Assembly: GCA_018645065.1 (NCBI GenBank)
Contig: JABGPF010000003.1
Coordinates: forward strand, 5,971-46,661
Direction: 5' to 3'
Origin: Phycisphaerales bacterium
GTDB lineage: Bacteria > Planctomycetota > Phycisphaerae > SM23-33
Length of the DNA: 40,691 nucleotides
The notes below the pieces were generated by a model. The model saw only the letters and a list, made by a program, of their open reading frames with translations, did not search any database and was not told the DNA's origin. Position numbers and translations under genes: made by a program. Below, piece after piece: positions 7,451 to 15,962 of the stretch. Numbering within the stretch: position 1 is the stretch's first letter; each line of letters begins with the position of its first letter.

Positions 7451-7552
7451 TGTCTGGGGTTTTTCTGTGCTCGTTTGCAAGTCTGGTGTTAGACTTGCGT
7501 TTTGTATTGTGGTTGTGCGTGTGGAATTGAAAGAACTATCGGGAGATTTGAT

Positions 7553-9052
7553 ATGAGAATTGACAGGCGTGGTTTTTTGAAGGCTGTTGCGGCTGGTGCG
7601 GCGGCGGTTTGTGTGCCTGGTGGTTTGCGCGGCGCAGCTGGCGTGGGGAAGGGTGAGAAGAAAACGAAGTTCGTGTTTGTTTTGGTTGATGATCTGGGTT
7701 GGACAGACGTCGCGTGCTTCGGTAGCAAGTTCTATGAGACGCCTAATATAGATGCGTTGGCGAAGTCCGGCGTTAAGATGACAAGTGCGTATGCGGCGTG
7801 TCCGGTCTGCTCGCCGACGCGTGGGAGCATAATGACGGGCAAGTATCCGGCGCGGACTGATACTACTGATTACTTCGGTGGTGGGCGGAGGGGTAAGTTG
7901 CTGCCGGCTCCTTATAAGCATTATCTTCCGCTGGAGGAGGTCACTATCGCCGAGGCGATGAAGGAGCATGGGTATAAAACATTCTTCGCGGGCAAGTGGC
8001 ATTTGGGCCCGGAGAAGTATTTCCCCGAGAAGCAGGGGTTTGACATTAACAAGGGCGGCGGGCGGAACGGGGCTCCGTATAAGTCGTACGGTAACCGGGC
8101 GTTACGGAAAGATCCGAACCTTCCGGGCGGGTATTTTTCGCTGTACGCCAACCCTAACCTTAAAGATGGACCCAAGGGCGAGTATCTGACTGACCGGTTG
8201 ACTGACGAGGCGATAAAGTTCATCGAGGCCGAGAAGGATAACCCGTTCTTGTGCTATTTATCGTTCTATTCGGTGCATAATCCGCTACAGGCGAAAACCG
8301 AGTACATCAAGAAGTTCAAGGATAAGCTGGCGAAAATGCCCAAGCCCAAGGGCCCGGAGTTCATTAAGGAGCATAAGAGCAAGGCGAGGCAGATTCAGCA
8401 GAATCCGGTGTATGCGGCCATGATTTACAGCGTCGACGAGAACGTGGGCAAGCTGACAAAGAAGCTCGACGAACTTGGGATCGCCGACGATACGGTGGTT
8501 GTGTTCACCTCGGATAACGGTGGGCTTTCGACGTCTGAAGGGCACAATACGGGCAATTTACCGCTGCGCGGTGGGAAGGGGTGGTTGTATGAAGGCGGTG
8601 TGCGCGTTTCGACGATTATCCGCTGGCCGGGCGTCGCGAAACCCGGAAGCGTGTGCGACGAACCAATAACCTCGACGGACTACTACCCGACGTTCCTGGA
8701 AATCGCCGGCCTGCCAGCCAAACCGAACCAGCACGCCGACGGGGTGAGCATAACTGCGGCGCTGAAGGGCGGAAAGCTTGATCGCAAAGCGATTTACTGG
8801 CATTACCCGCACTACGGGAACCAGGGCGGGCGGCCGGGGTCGTCGATTCGGATGGGCGATTATAAGCTGATCGAGTTCTTCGAGGATAACAGCGTGGAAC
8901 TGTACAATCTGGCCGAAGATATCGGCGAGCATAATGACCTGGCGGCGAAAATGCCTGAAAAAGCAGCGGAACTTCGCGGGATGATCCACGCATGGCGAAA
9001 AGAAGTTGACGCCAAAACAATGAAAATCAACCCTAAATACAAAGGTAAGTAA
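7553..9052 (+). CDS. Tat-exported Cys-type formylglycine-dependent sulfatase (S1 family)
   Basis: GGGAG RBS before ATG 7553. Twin-arginine signal DRRGFLK. Motifs VDDLG, CSPTRGSIMTG, GKWHLG, FTSDNGG and LRGGKGWLYEGGVRV. Confidence 0.95.
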   Translation: MRIDRRGFLKAVAAGAAAVCVPGGLRGAAGVGKGEKKTKFVFVLVDDLGWTDVACFGSKFYETPNIDALAKSGVKMTSAYAACPVCSPTRGSIMTGKYPARTDTTDYFGGGRRGKLLPAPYKHYLPLEEVTIAEAMKEHGYKTFFAGKWHLGPEKYFPEKQGFDINKGGGRNGAPYKSYGNRALRKDPNLPGGYFSLYANPNLKDGPKGEYLTDRLTDEAIKFIEAEKDNPFLCYLSFYSVHNPLQAKTEYIKKFKDKLAKMPKPKGPEFIKEHKSKARQIQQNPVYAAMIYSVDENVGKLTKKLDELGIADDTVVVFTSDNGGLSTSEGHNTGNLPLRGGKGWLYEGGVRVSTIIRWPGVAKPGSVCDEPITSTDYYPTFLEIAGLPAKPNQHADGVSITAALKGGKLDRKAIYWHYPHYGNQGGRPGSSIRMGDYKLIEFFEDNSVELYNLAEDIGEHNDLAAKMPEKAAELRGMIHAWRKEVDAKTMKINPKYKGK

Positions 9053-9276
9053 TGCGCCTTGGCGAGCTGTTGTGCCTTCGAGCTCGTGATTTTTTGGATG
9101 GTCGGCCGGTGATGCTAACGGGCTTGTTTTCGGGTATGTTACGTCAGTGGGGCGGGCATGTCGCATTCGGCGGCGGGGCGTAGCGATGTGGTATGGCTAA
9201 AAGGTTCGGGCAAGCCGGGCGGTAAAGCGATATACTCTCTGGACGCCTTGTCGTACCGGCGGATTGGTAAGTTCAA

Positions 9277-9306
9277 TTGAAACCGACTGCGGCAAGCTGC
9301 TATGAT
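9277..9306 (+). promoter_or_regulatory. Candidate sigma70 promoter of the 9349-21168 cluster
   Basis: TTGAAA-N18-TATGAT with an extended -10 TGc. Confidence 0.45.
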
Positions 9307-9348
9307 GTACCATGGAACCTATTCTGAATTATGCCCGGGAGGGCTGCA

Positions 9349-10650
9349 ATGAATGATAATAGATCTTCGTGCCGCTTGAGGTTGTTATGCTTCGGGCTGC
9401 TGATGTTCGCGGTGGTGGCGGCCGTTACGCCCGGAGTGCGGGCCTGCCAGACGCCTGTCTTCCGCTATGCGCTGGAGAAGTGGCCCGGTGATTACTACCC
9501 GCTGCTGATCTATCATGACGCTCCGCTGAGCCCGGATGACCAGGCGACGATTGACTGGCTTGAGAAGGTCCAAGAGGTCGAAGGGTCGCAGGTTTCGATT
9601 TATGTGTTGGACGTCTCCAAGAAGCCCGCGACGCAACCGGCGAGCACCCAGCCGACGACCCAGCCCGAGCAGTCTCGCGCCGATGCTCAGATGGAGTATC
9701 TGCTGAAGAAGTTCCCGCCTCCCACAGATGTGAAGATGCCCGCGATGGTTTTGCGTTACCCCGCCAGGCCGGGTCCCAAGGGTGCGGTCTGGCCGGTGGT
9801 TCACACCGGGCGACTCGACCGAAAGGTCGTTAAAAGCGTGATAGACTCGCCCGCCCGCCAGAAGATCGTCAAGCGGTTGCTAAGCGGAGATTCGAGCGTT
9901 TGGGTATTGCTTGAGTCGGGCGATAAGAAGAAGGATGACGCAGCCGCCAAGTTGCTCAAGACTGAACTGGCGCGAATGAACGAGGAATTGAAGCTGCCCG
10001 AGCAGGCCCCGACTCCCGAGGATCCCTACGAGGAAGAGGGCCTCGACATTGAGTTGAAGGTTGCCTTTACGATGCTGCGAGTCTCGCGTGACGACCCGGC
10101 TGAGGCGATGTTCATCCAGATGTTGCTGGGCAGCGAGGAAGGGCTCGACGAGGTTAAGGATCCGATCGCGTTCCCGATTTTCGGGCGTGGGCGAGCTTTG
10201 GCTGCATTTGTTGGCGAGGGGATTGACGCTGAAAATATCGAAGACGCGAGCATATTTCTCGTTGGGAAATGTTCCTGCCAGGTCAAGGATCTCAACCCCG
10301 GTACGGACATAATGTTCACCGTGAACTGGGAGGCTGCACTCGCCGGCCAACCGAAGCTGACGATGCCCGCGCTTCCGAAGATTATCGTTAACGAGGTCGA
10401 TGCAGTCGACGTGGTTCTGCGGACGATCCCGAAGAAAATCGATCCGACAACTCAACCTGCAACCCAGCCGACAACTCAACCGTCGTCTGATCCCGCCTCA
10501 CCGGACCCCGCGCCGAAAGAGGAGATCACGACATCCGCTAGTGTGATCCCGATGTCCATGATGCTGATTATCGGTGGGGCTGCCATCGGATTGATTGGGC
10601 TGGTTGTTGTTTCTATGGTTGTTGTTATGCGCAAGGGGGCGGGTAGCTGA
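9349..10650 (+). CDS. Exported, C-terminally membrane-anchored protein of unknown function (planctomycete CxxPVFRYALExW type)
   Basis: GGGAGG RBS before ATG 9349 (9331 is an alternative start). Signal peptide ending VRA-C. Motifs CQTPVFRYALEKW, FPIFGRGRAL and CSCQVKDLNPG. PATQP linkers and a C-terminal TM helix. Confidence 0.8.
   Translation: MNDNRSSCRLRLLCFGLLMFAVVAAVTPGVRACQTPVFRYALEKWPGDYYPLLIYHDAPLSPDDQATIDWLEKVQEVEGSQVSIYVLDVSKKPATQPASTQPTTQPEQSRADAQMEYLLKKFPPPTDVKMPAMVLRYPARPGPKGAVWPVVHTGRLDRKVVKSVIDSPARQKIVKRLLSGDSSVWVLLESGDKKKDDAAAKLLKTELARMNEELKLPEQAPTPEDPYEEEGLDIELKVAFTMLRVSRDDPAEAMFIQMLLGSEEGLDEVKDPIAFPIFGRGRALAAFVGEGIDAENIEDASIFLVGKCSCQVKDLNPGTDIMFTVNWEAALAGQPKLTMPALPKIIVNEVDAVDVVLRTIPKKIDPTTQPATQPTTQPSSDPASPDPAPKEEITTSASVIPMSMMLIIGGAAIGLIGLVVVSMVVVMRKGAGS
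9625..10482 (+). repeat. Two low-complexity (P)ATQP/TTQP linker arrays
   Basis: PATQPASTQPTTQP at 9625-9666 and PTTQPATQPTTQP at 10444-10482. The 14-mer ccgacaactcaacc occurs at 10444 and 10468. Confidence 0.85.
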
Positions 10651-10651
10651 T

Positions 10652-11944
10652 ATGGGTATATGGCGTCTTGTCAGAAAAGAGATGGGCTATCGTAAGCTCA
10701 ATTTCGTCCTGGCCGTGTTTGGGGTTCTGGTCGCCACCGCCGGCCTGGTCGCGCAGGTCACCTGGCTGCGGGCTTACGATATGCGCACCGAGTCGTTCCT
10801 GACACGCGACATGGACCAAGCGGTCAAACGCCTCAAAGCTATTGAAAAAAAGTACCGCCAGACAACGAACCAATACGGTTTTAACGTACGCGTATTGCCC
10901 GAGCGACAGAGTATAGAAGACTACTATAAGTCCGGTTACGCCTCGGAAACTATGGATCAGAACTATGCCCGGAAACTGGCTGATTCGGAATTCCTGACCA
11001 CCATCCGTCACCTGACACCGATCCTCCGGAAGGAAATTTTCTGGAGCGAATACAAGCAGTCCGCCACGCTGATCGGAACCCACGGAGAGGTTCCGCTCAA
11101 GGAACGATCTCGCCGCAAGAAGCCGATTAAGCAGAGCGTTCCGGACGGCCAGATAGAGGTCGGGTACCATTTGTGGAGTAAGCTCGGGCTTAAGGCCGAA
11201 CAGGAAGTCACGCTGTTCGGGCGGCAGTTTATCATAGGTAAATGCCATACCGAGCGAGGTTCTCAGGACGATTTCAGCATCTGGATGGATCTGAAAGTCG
11301 CACAGGAGCTAACCGGTATGGCCGGGAAGATCAACGAGATCCAGGCCGTAGACTGCACCTGCGCCGAGGCCAACCCGACGAAGATTCGCCAGGAGTTGGC
11401 GAACATTCTTCCAGGCACGCAGATTACCGTTAAGGTCGACCCCGCCGTTACTCGCGTTGCGATTCGCGTTACCGCCGCACAGGGCAGCGTGGACGATCTG
11501 AAGGCCAGGCACGCCAGCCGCGTGCAACTGACCCAGGACCGCGAAATACTTATGCTCGCAACCGCGGCGCTCCTGATTGTCGGTGCGGCGGTTTGGATAG
11601 CGTTGCTGGCGTTTGGGAATGTGCGGCAGCGTACGATGGAAATCGGTGTCTTGCGTGCGATAGGTCTTTCCGGCGCGAAGATACTTTTACTGTTCCTCGC
11701 TCGTTCTATCATTATCGGCCTGGTGGGCGCTGTCGCGGGGGTGCTGCTCGGTGGTGCGATGGGTGTTGGAGTGGCTGCGATGTGGGGCGAACTTACTGAG
11801 GCTTCGCAGATGTGGGGCTTGTTTTCTCCGCTGACCATTGGCTTGGTGGTGATTTGTTCGCCGGTTCTTTCGGCGTTTGTGAGCTGGCCTCCGGCAATGT
11901 TGGCGGCGCGTCAGGATCCGGCGATTGTGCTGGCTCGGGAGTAG
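10652..11944 (+). CDS. FtsX/MacB-family ABC transporter permease
   Basis: ATG 1 nt after the upstream stop. One TM, a large periplasmic domain, then three TMs with NVRQRTMEIGVLRAIG and a C-terminal AARQDPAIVL. Confidence 0.9.
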   Translation: MGIWRLVRKEMGYRKLNFVLAVFGVLVATAGLVAQVTWLRAYDMRTESFLTRDMDQAVKRLKAIEKKYRQTTNQYGFNVRVLPERQSIEDYYKSGYASETMDQNYARKLADSEFLTTIRHLTPILRKEIFWSEYKQSATLIGTHGEVPLKERSRRKKPIKQSVPDGQIEVGYHLWSKLGLKAEQEVTLFGRQFIIGKCHTERGSQDDFSIWMDLKVAQELTGMAGKINEIQAVDCTCAEANPTKIRQELANILPGTQITVKVDPAVTRVAIRVTAAQGSVDDLKARHASRVQLTQDREILMLATAALLIVGAAVWIALLAFGNVRQRTMEIGVLRAIGLSGAKILLLFLARSIIIGLVGAVAGVLLGGAMGVGVAAMWGELTEASQMWGLFSPLTIGLVVICSPVLSAFVSWPPAMLAARQDPAIVLARE

Positions 11945-11951
11945 ATATTAG

Positions 11952-12596
11952 ATGCTCGATATTCGTCAGATATCCAAAACTTACACCAGTAACGGAAAGA
12001 ATGTTCCGGTGCTGAGCGACATGTCCCTGCGCATCGAGCCGGGGCAATTCGTAGCGGTTCAAGGCCAGAGCGGTTGCGGGAAAAGTACGCTGCTGCTCGC
12101 CGCCGGCGGACTGCTCCGCCCCGACAGCGGGCAAGTGATTGTCGCTGGTGACGATCCGTATAAACTCTCGTCAGAGGCTCGCGCCGACTTCCGCGCGACG
12201 CATATCGGATTCGTGTTTCAGCAGTTTCACCTGATACCGTATCTCGATGTGCTGGACAATGTTCTGGCGCCGTCGATGGCCCATAATTTCCCAGACGCTC
12301 GGAGCCATGCGCTTGAGCTTATCGAACATTTTGGCATTACCGATCGCATCGGGCATTTGCCAGGCGAATTGAGCACCGGCGAGCGTCAGCGAACTGCACT
12401 TGCCCGCGCGTTGCTGAACCGCCCGAAGCTGTTGCTCGCCGACGAGCCCACGGGCAATCTCGATACCGACAGCGGGGCGATTGTGCTGGACTACATAAGA
12501 GAATTTGCAACCGACGGCGGGGCGGTGCTGATGGTTACTCACGACGCGGGCGCGGCTGGGCAAGCCGATCGCGTAATAGAACTCGCAAAGACATAA
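11952..12596 (+). CDS. LolD/MacB-family ABC ATP-binding protein
   Basis: Walker A GQSGCGKST, IGFVFQQFHL, signature LSTGERQR, Walker B LLLADEPTGNLD and H-loop VTHD. Confidence 0.93.
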   Translation: MLDIRQISKTYTSNGKNVPVLSDMSLRIEPGQFVAVQGQSGCGKSTLLLAAGGLLRPDSGQVIVAGDDPYKLSSEARADFRATHIGFVFQQFHLIPYLDVLDNVLAPSMAHNFPDARSHALELIEHFGITDRIGHLPGELSTGERQRTALARALLNRPKLLLADEPTGNLDTDSGAIVLDYIREFATDGGAVLMVTHDAGAAGQADRVIELAKT

Positions 12597-12610
12597 AGAA
12601 AGGATATATC

Positions 12611-13534
12611 ATGAAAAGGTTCGGGTCTTTAATGATGGTTGTTGTGGCGGTATCGGCGATGATTCTTCCGGGTTGCGGCAAGGAGAAGCCCGACTTGGTG
12701 TTCTACGTTGGTGGTACGATGCAGCCGGCGATGGCGGAACTGGTTAAGATGTACGAGGCCAAGACCGGTCTGAAAATCGAGATCGACAAGGGCGGTTCCG
12801 GCGTGTTGCTGAATCGCATTCGGCAGCAGAAACGCGCCGACGTCTTCATCTGCCACGATCCGTTTATGGACGAACTGATGGAAGGCCACAAGGGCAAGTT
12901 AGGCGCCGACGCCTGGCGCGTGTCGCAGATCACGCCGGTTATCGTGGTCCAACCGGGTAATCCTAAGAATATTACGTGTCTGGCTGATCTGGCTCGTGAG
13001 GATGTTAAAGTCGCCGTGACGGATCTGACGTATTCGACATGCGGGCACATGCTGGACAAAATGTTCGAAAAGGCCGGAGTCGAAATACTCCCGACAAGCA
13101 AGGGTGTATTCCTGAAACGCGACGGTGTCGAGAAGGAAATAATAACCTTCAAATCCGGTAGCCGAACCTGCGATACAGTCAAGAACCGAAGCCGTGATGC
13201 GGCTATCGTCTGGAACGCCGTGGCGCACCTTCGTGGCGAGGCTGTGCAAATCATCTCGATCGGCAAGGACCTGCCTGTCTTGGGCGTGGACACCATAACC
13301 AGCGCCACTTCGAAGGTCAGAGAAATAGGTTGCATCGGCGTGACTATGATTACGCTGAAGTGCTCCAAGAAGCCCGAGGCCGCTCAGAAATTCGCCGAAT
13401 TCATCGCCTCAGACGAAGCACAGGAAGTGTTCAAGAAATTCGGGTACACGGACATCGGTGGTGCGGTGAAAATGTACGAGAACGGCGAGAAGATCGCTGT
13501 GCAAACGATGCCCGCCACTACGCCGGCAAAGTAA
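12611..13534 (+). CDS. ModA-like oxyanion ABC substrate-binding lipoprotein (copy 1)
   Basis: Lipobox LPGC, GGSGVLL, ADVFI, VIVVQPGNPKNI..LADL, DAAIVW, A..F.EFI.S.EAQ..F.K.GY. Confidence 0.8.
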   Translation: MKRFGSLMMVVVAVSAMILPGCGKEKPDLVFYVGGTMQPAMAELVKMYEAKTGLKIEIDKGGSGVLLNRIRQQKRADVFICHDPFMDELMEGHKGKLGADAWRVSQITPVIVVQPGNPKNITCLADLAREDVKVAVTDLTYSTCGHMLDKMFEKAGVEILPTSKGVFLKRDGVEKEIITFKSGSRTCDTVKNRSRDAAIVWNAVAHLRGEAVQIISIGKDLPVLGVDTITSATSKVREIGCIGVTMITLKCSKKPEAAQKFAEFIASDEAQEVFKKFGYTDIGGAVKMYENGEKIAVQTMPATTPAK

Positions 13535-13546
13535 GGAATCGAACCG

Positions 13547-14323
13547 ATGAAATCCAGAATCGCGATAGTGTTGGCTGTGGGGCTGGCGACGGTTGTGTTG
13601 TTCTGCGCGGCAGGCTGCAATCGCGACGAGTCGCCTATGGTGAAGCTTTACGCCGGAGCCGGTATGCGTAAAGGTGTTGACGAACTGATCAAAGCGTTCG
13701 GTGAGGCCTCTGGTGTGCAAATCGACGTCGAATATGGCGGGAGCGGTCCGATGATGACCCGCGCCAAGATTGCCAGGGACGGAGATTTGTTCATGCCCGG
13801 CGACGTCGGATGGGTCGATCAGCTTCACGCCGATTCGGGTATCGTTGAAGCTAGCAGGCAGGTTGCGTATTTCGTGCCCGTTATCATCGTGCAAAAGGGC
13901 AACCCCAAGGGCATCACCCGCCTGGAGGATATGCTGCGAAAGGACCTTACGATCGCACTTGGAAATGAATACTGCCAGGTCGGAAAGGCCAGCGGGAAGA
14001 TTTTCAAAAAGAACGGTCTGGACATTAATGAAGTCGATCCGCAGCGTCTGATGCGTTCAAAAACGGTTAACGAACTCGGATTGTTCGTAAAAACCAAACG
14101 CGTTGACGTCGCAATAGTTTGGGACGCAATCGCGATCAACAACGCCGACGCATTGGACATGATCGAGATCCCCCTCGAGCGGAACCTGATCTCCAGCGTG
14201 GTGGTTGGGACGCTAAGCACCGGCCGCAACAAAACCGCAGCCGCTAAGTTCGTCGACTTCATCGCCAGTGACGCTGGGCAAGAAATCCTAAAGCGTAACG
14301 GATACCGCACCAGTAAGCCTTAG
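13547..14323 (+). CDS. modA: Molybdate/tungstate ABC substrate-binding lipoprotein, ModA-like (copy 2)
   Basis: Lipobox AAGC, LYAGAGM, YGGSG, GDLFMPGD, VIIVQKGNPKGI, VDVAIVW, FVDFIASDAGQEILKRNGY. Confidence 0.75.
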   Translation: MKSRIAIVLAVGLATVVLFCAAGCNRDESPMVKLYAGAGMRKGVDELIKAFGEASGVQIDVEYGGSGPMMTRAKIARDGDLFMPGDVGWVDQLHADSGIVEASRQVAYFVPVIIVQKGNPKGITRLEDMLRKDLTIALGNEYCQVGKASGKIFKKNGLDINEVDPQRLMRSKTVNELGLFVKTKRVDVAIVWDAIAINNADALDMIEIPLERNLISSVVVGTLSTGRNKTAAAKFVDFIASDAGQEILKRNGYRTSKP

Positions 14324-14349
14324 TCCGCGGTGTGTGCAAGGAACATAGA

Positions 14350-15198
14350 TTGAAACCCAGCCGAAACACAGCCCCAGAGTCTCCCCCCGTCGCCGGACGA
14401 CGCGCTACTGCGTTGAGCGTTATCTGTTTGTCCTTTCTGTCACTGTTTGTGGTAGCCGTTCTGACATTACTGGCTACAGCATTTCGATATGAGTATCTGA
14501 CGTTCGGGATTTTCAAAGATATCATCACTTCTCCCAATATTCTTCACGCGATGACGGTCAGTATTGTAAGTTCACTGATCACATTGATGCTGGTTATTGT
14601 GTTCGCAATTACCGCGGGATACGCACTTAGTCGTTATCGTTTCCCCGGCCAGGCGATACTGGACACGATCGCCGATGTACCGCTTCTGTTGCCTCCGGTT
14701 GTCGTCGGTTTGTTGCTGCTGATATTCTTCGCCTACGAACCGGGCCGATCCATCGAACACCAGATGTACACCTGGACCGGTTTTACGATGCATTCGATGG
14801 TCGGAATCGTGCTGTGTCAGTTCTTGATCTCGGCGTCGTATGCGATACGATCGGCCAAGTCGGCTTATGATTCGGTTGACAGACGCCTCGAGCAGGTTGC
14901 CTTATCGCTTGGCTGCACAGATCTACAGGCGTTTGGTCGCGTTACTTTACCGCTGGCCAGAAACGGTCTGATCGCCGGGGCGATAATGGCTTGGGCCCGG
15001 GCGATCGGCGTGTTCGGCCCGTTGATCGTGTTCGTGGGCACATCTGTTCGCGTGCGTACGCTGCCCACGGTGATATACCTGGAACTCAGTATCGGTAAAG
15101 AGCAAGTATCGCTGGCCGTTGCGATAGTAATGGTGGCGATCGCCTCAGTCGCCCTGGCGATAGTTCACTGGTTGGCGCCGGGAAGGAAGTGGTCCTGA
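14350..15198 (+). CDS. modB: ModB-like ABC permease
   Basis: TTG 14350 follows AAGGA (GTG 14332 is an alternative start). DVPLLLPPVVVG, EAA loop LEQVALSLG...FGRVTLPLA, and WARAIG.FG. Confidence 0.8.
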   Translation: MKPSRNTAPESPPVAGRRATALSVICLSFLSLFVVAVLTLLATAFRYEYLTFGIFKDIITSPNILHAMTVSIVSSLITLMLVIVFAITAGYALSRYRFPGQAILDTIADVPLLLPPVVVGLLLLIFFAYEPGRSIEHQMYTWTGFTMHSMVGIVLCQFLISASYAIRSAKSAYDSVDRRLEQVALSLGCTDLQAFGRVTLPLARNGLIAGAIMAWARAIGVFGPLIVFVGTSVRVRTLPTVIYLELSIGKEQVSLAVAIVMVAIASVALAIVHWLAPGRKWS

Positions 15199-15200
15199 GT

Positions 15201-15920
15201 ATGCTTAATGTGCACAAACTCGGATTTAGCGTTGGCGGTTTTGAACTGCAGGACATATCTCTGCGCGTCGAGCCTCGCGAGTATTTTGTGCTCATGGGCG
15301 CTACAGGTTCTGGCAAGAGCCTGTTGATTAAATCGGTCTGCGGTTTGCTGCGATCGAAAACCGGGCGGATAATGATCGACGGACGAGATGTGACCGACCT
15401 CCCGCCGCGATTGCGATCAGTGGGATACGTACCGCAGGACTCATGCCTCATGCCGCATCTGAACGTTCTGAGGAACGTCACGTTCGCGTTGGAAGTGGCC
15501 GGTAAGTCAAAAGCTACCGCAGCCAACGAGATCAAACATGTAGTCGATTCGCTAGGTATAGAGTCGCTGCTTGATCGTTCACCAGTGAACCTAAGCGGTG
15601 GTGAGAGGCAGAAAGTGGCGCTGGCCCGGGCACTGGCGAGCAAACCGAAACTACTGCTACTGGACGAACCGGTAAGCGCGCTGGACGAACCGACCAGACG
15701 CGAAATCTGCGCCGTACTATACAGAGTGCAGCGGGAATTCGGCGTCGCCACGATACACGTATGCCACAGCCGCCAGGAAGCCGCCGCCGTTCACGATCGG
15801 CTCGGCGTGATGTCGCAAGGACGCCTGGTCCAGGCTGGCACGCTCGACGAACTAACCGAGAATCCCGCAGACCAAGCCGTACGCAGACTGCTTTGCCCAC
15901 CGATCAGCGAAACGATATAA
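15201..15920 (+). CDS. ModC-like ABC ATP-binding protein, too short for a C-terminal TOBE domain
   Basis: GATGSGKS, VGYVPQD, LSGGERQK, LLLLDEP and HVCH. ATG is 2 nt after the permease stop. Confidence 0.88.
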   Translation: MLNVHKLGFSVGGFELQDISLRVEPREYFVLMGATGSGKSLLIKSVCGLLRSKTGRIMIDGRDVTDLPPRLRSVGYVPQDSCLMPHLNVLRNVTFALEVAGKSKATAANEIKHVVDSLGIESLLDRSPVNLSGGERQKVALARALASKPKLLLLDEPVSALDEPTRREICAVLYRVQREFGVATIHVCHSRQEAAAVHDRLGVMSQGRLVQAGTLDELTENPADQAVRRLLCPPISETI

Positions 15921-15962
15921 TATAGACACCAACCCCCAAAAACCCCCACTGGAGTTTGACGC

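Noticed and set aside
7283-8002. 239-aa minus-strand ORF as an intact gene
   Set aside because: Most of it is antisense to the sulfatase; only the last ~50 codons are DinD-like.
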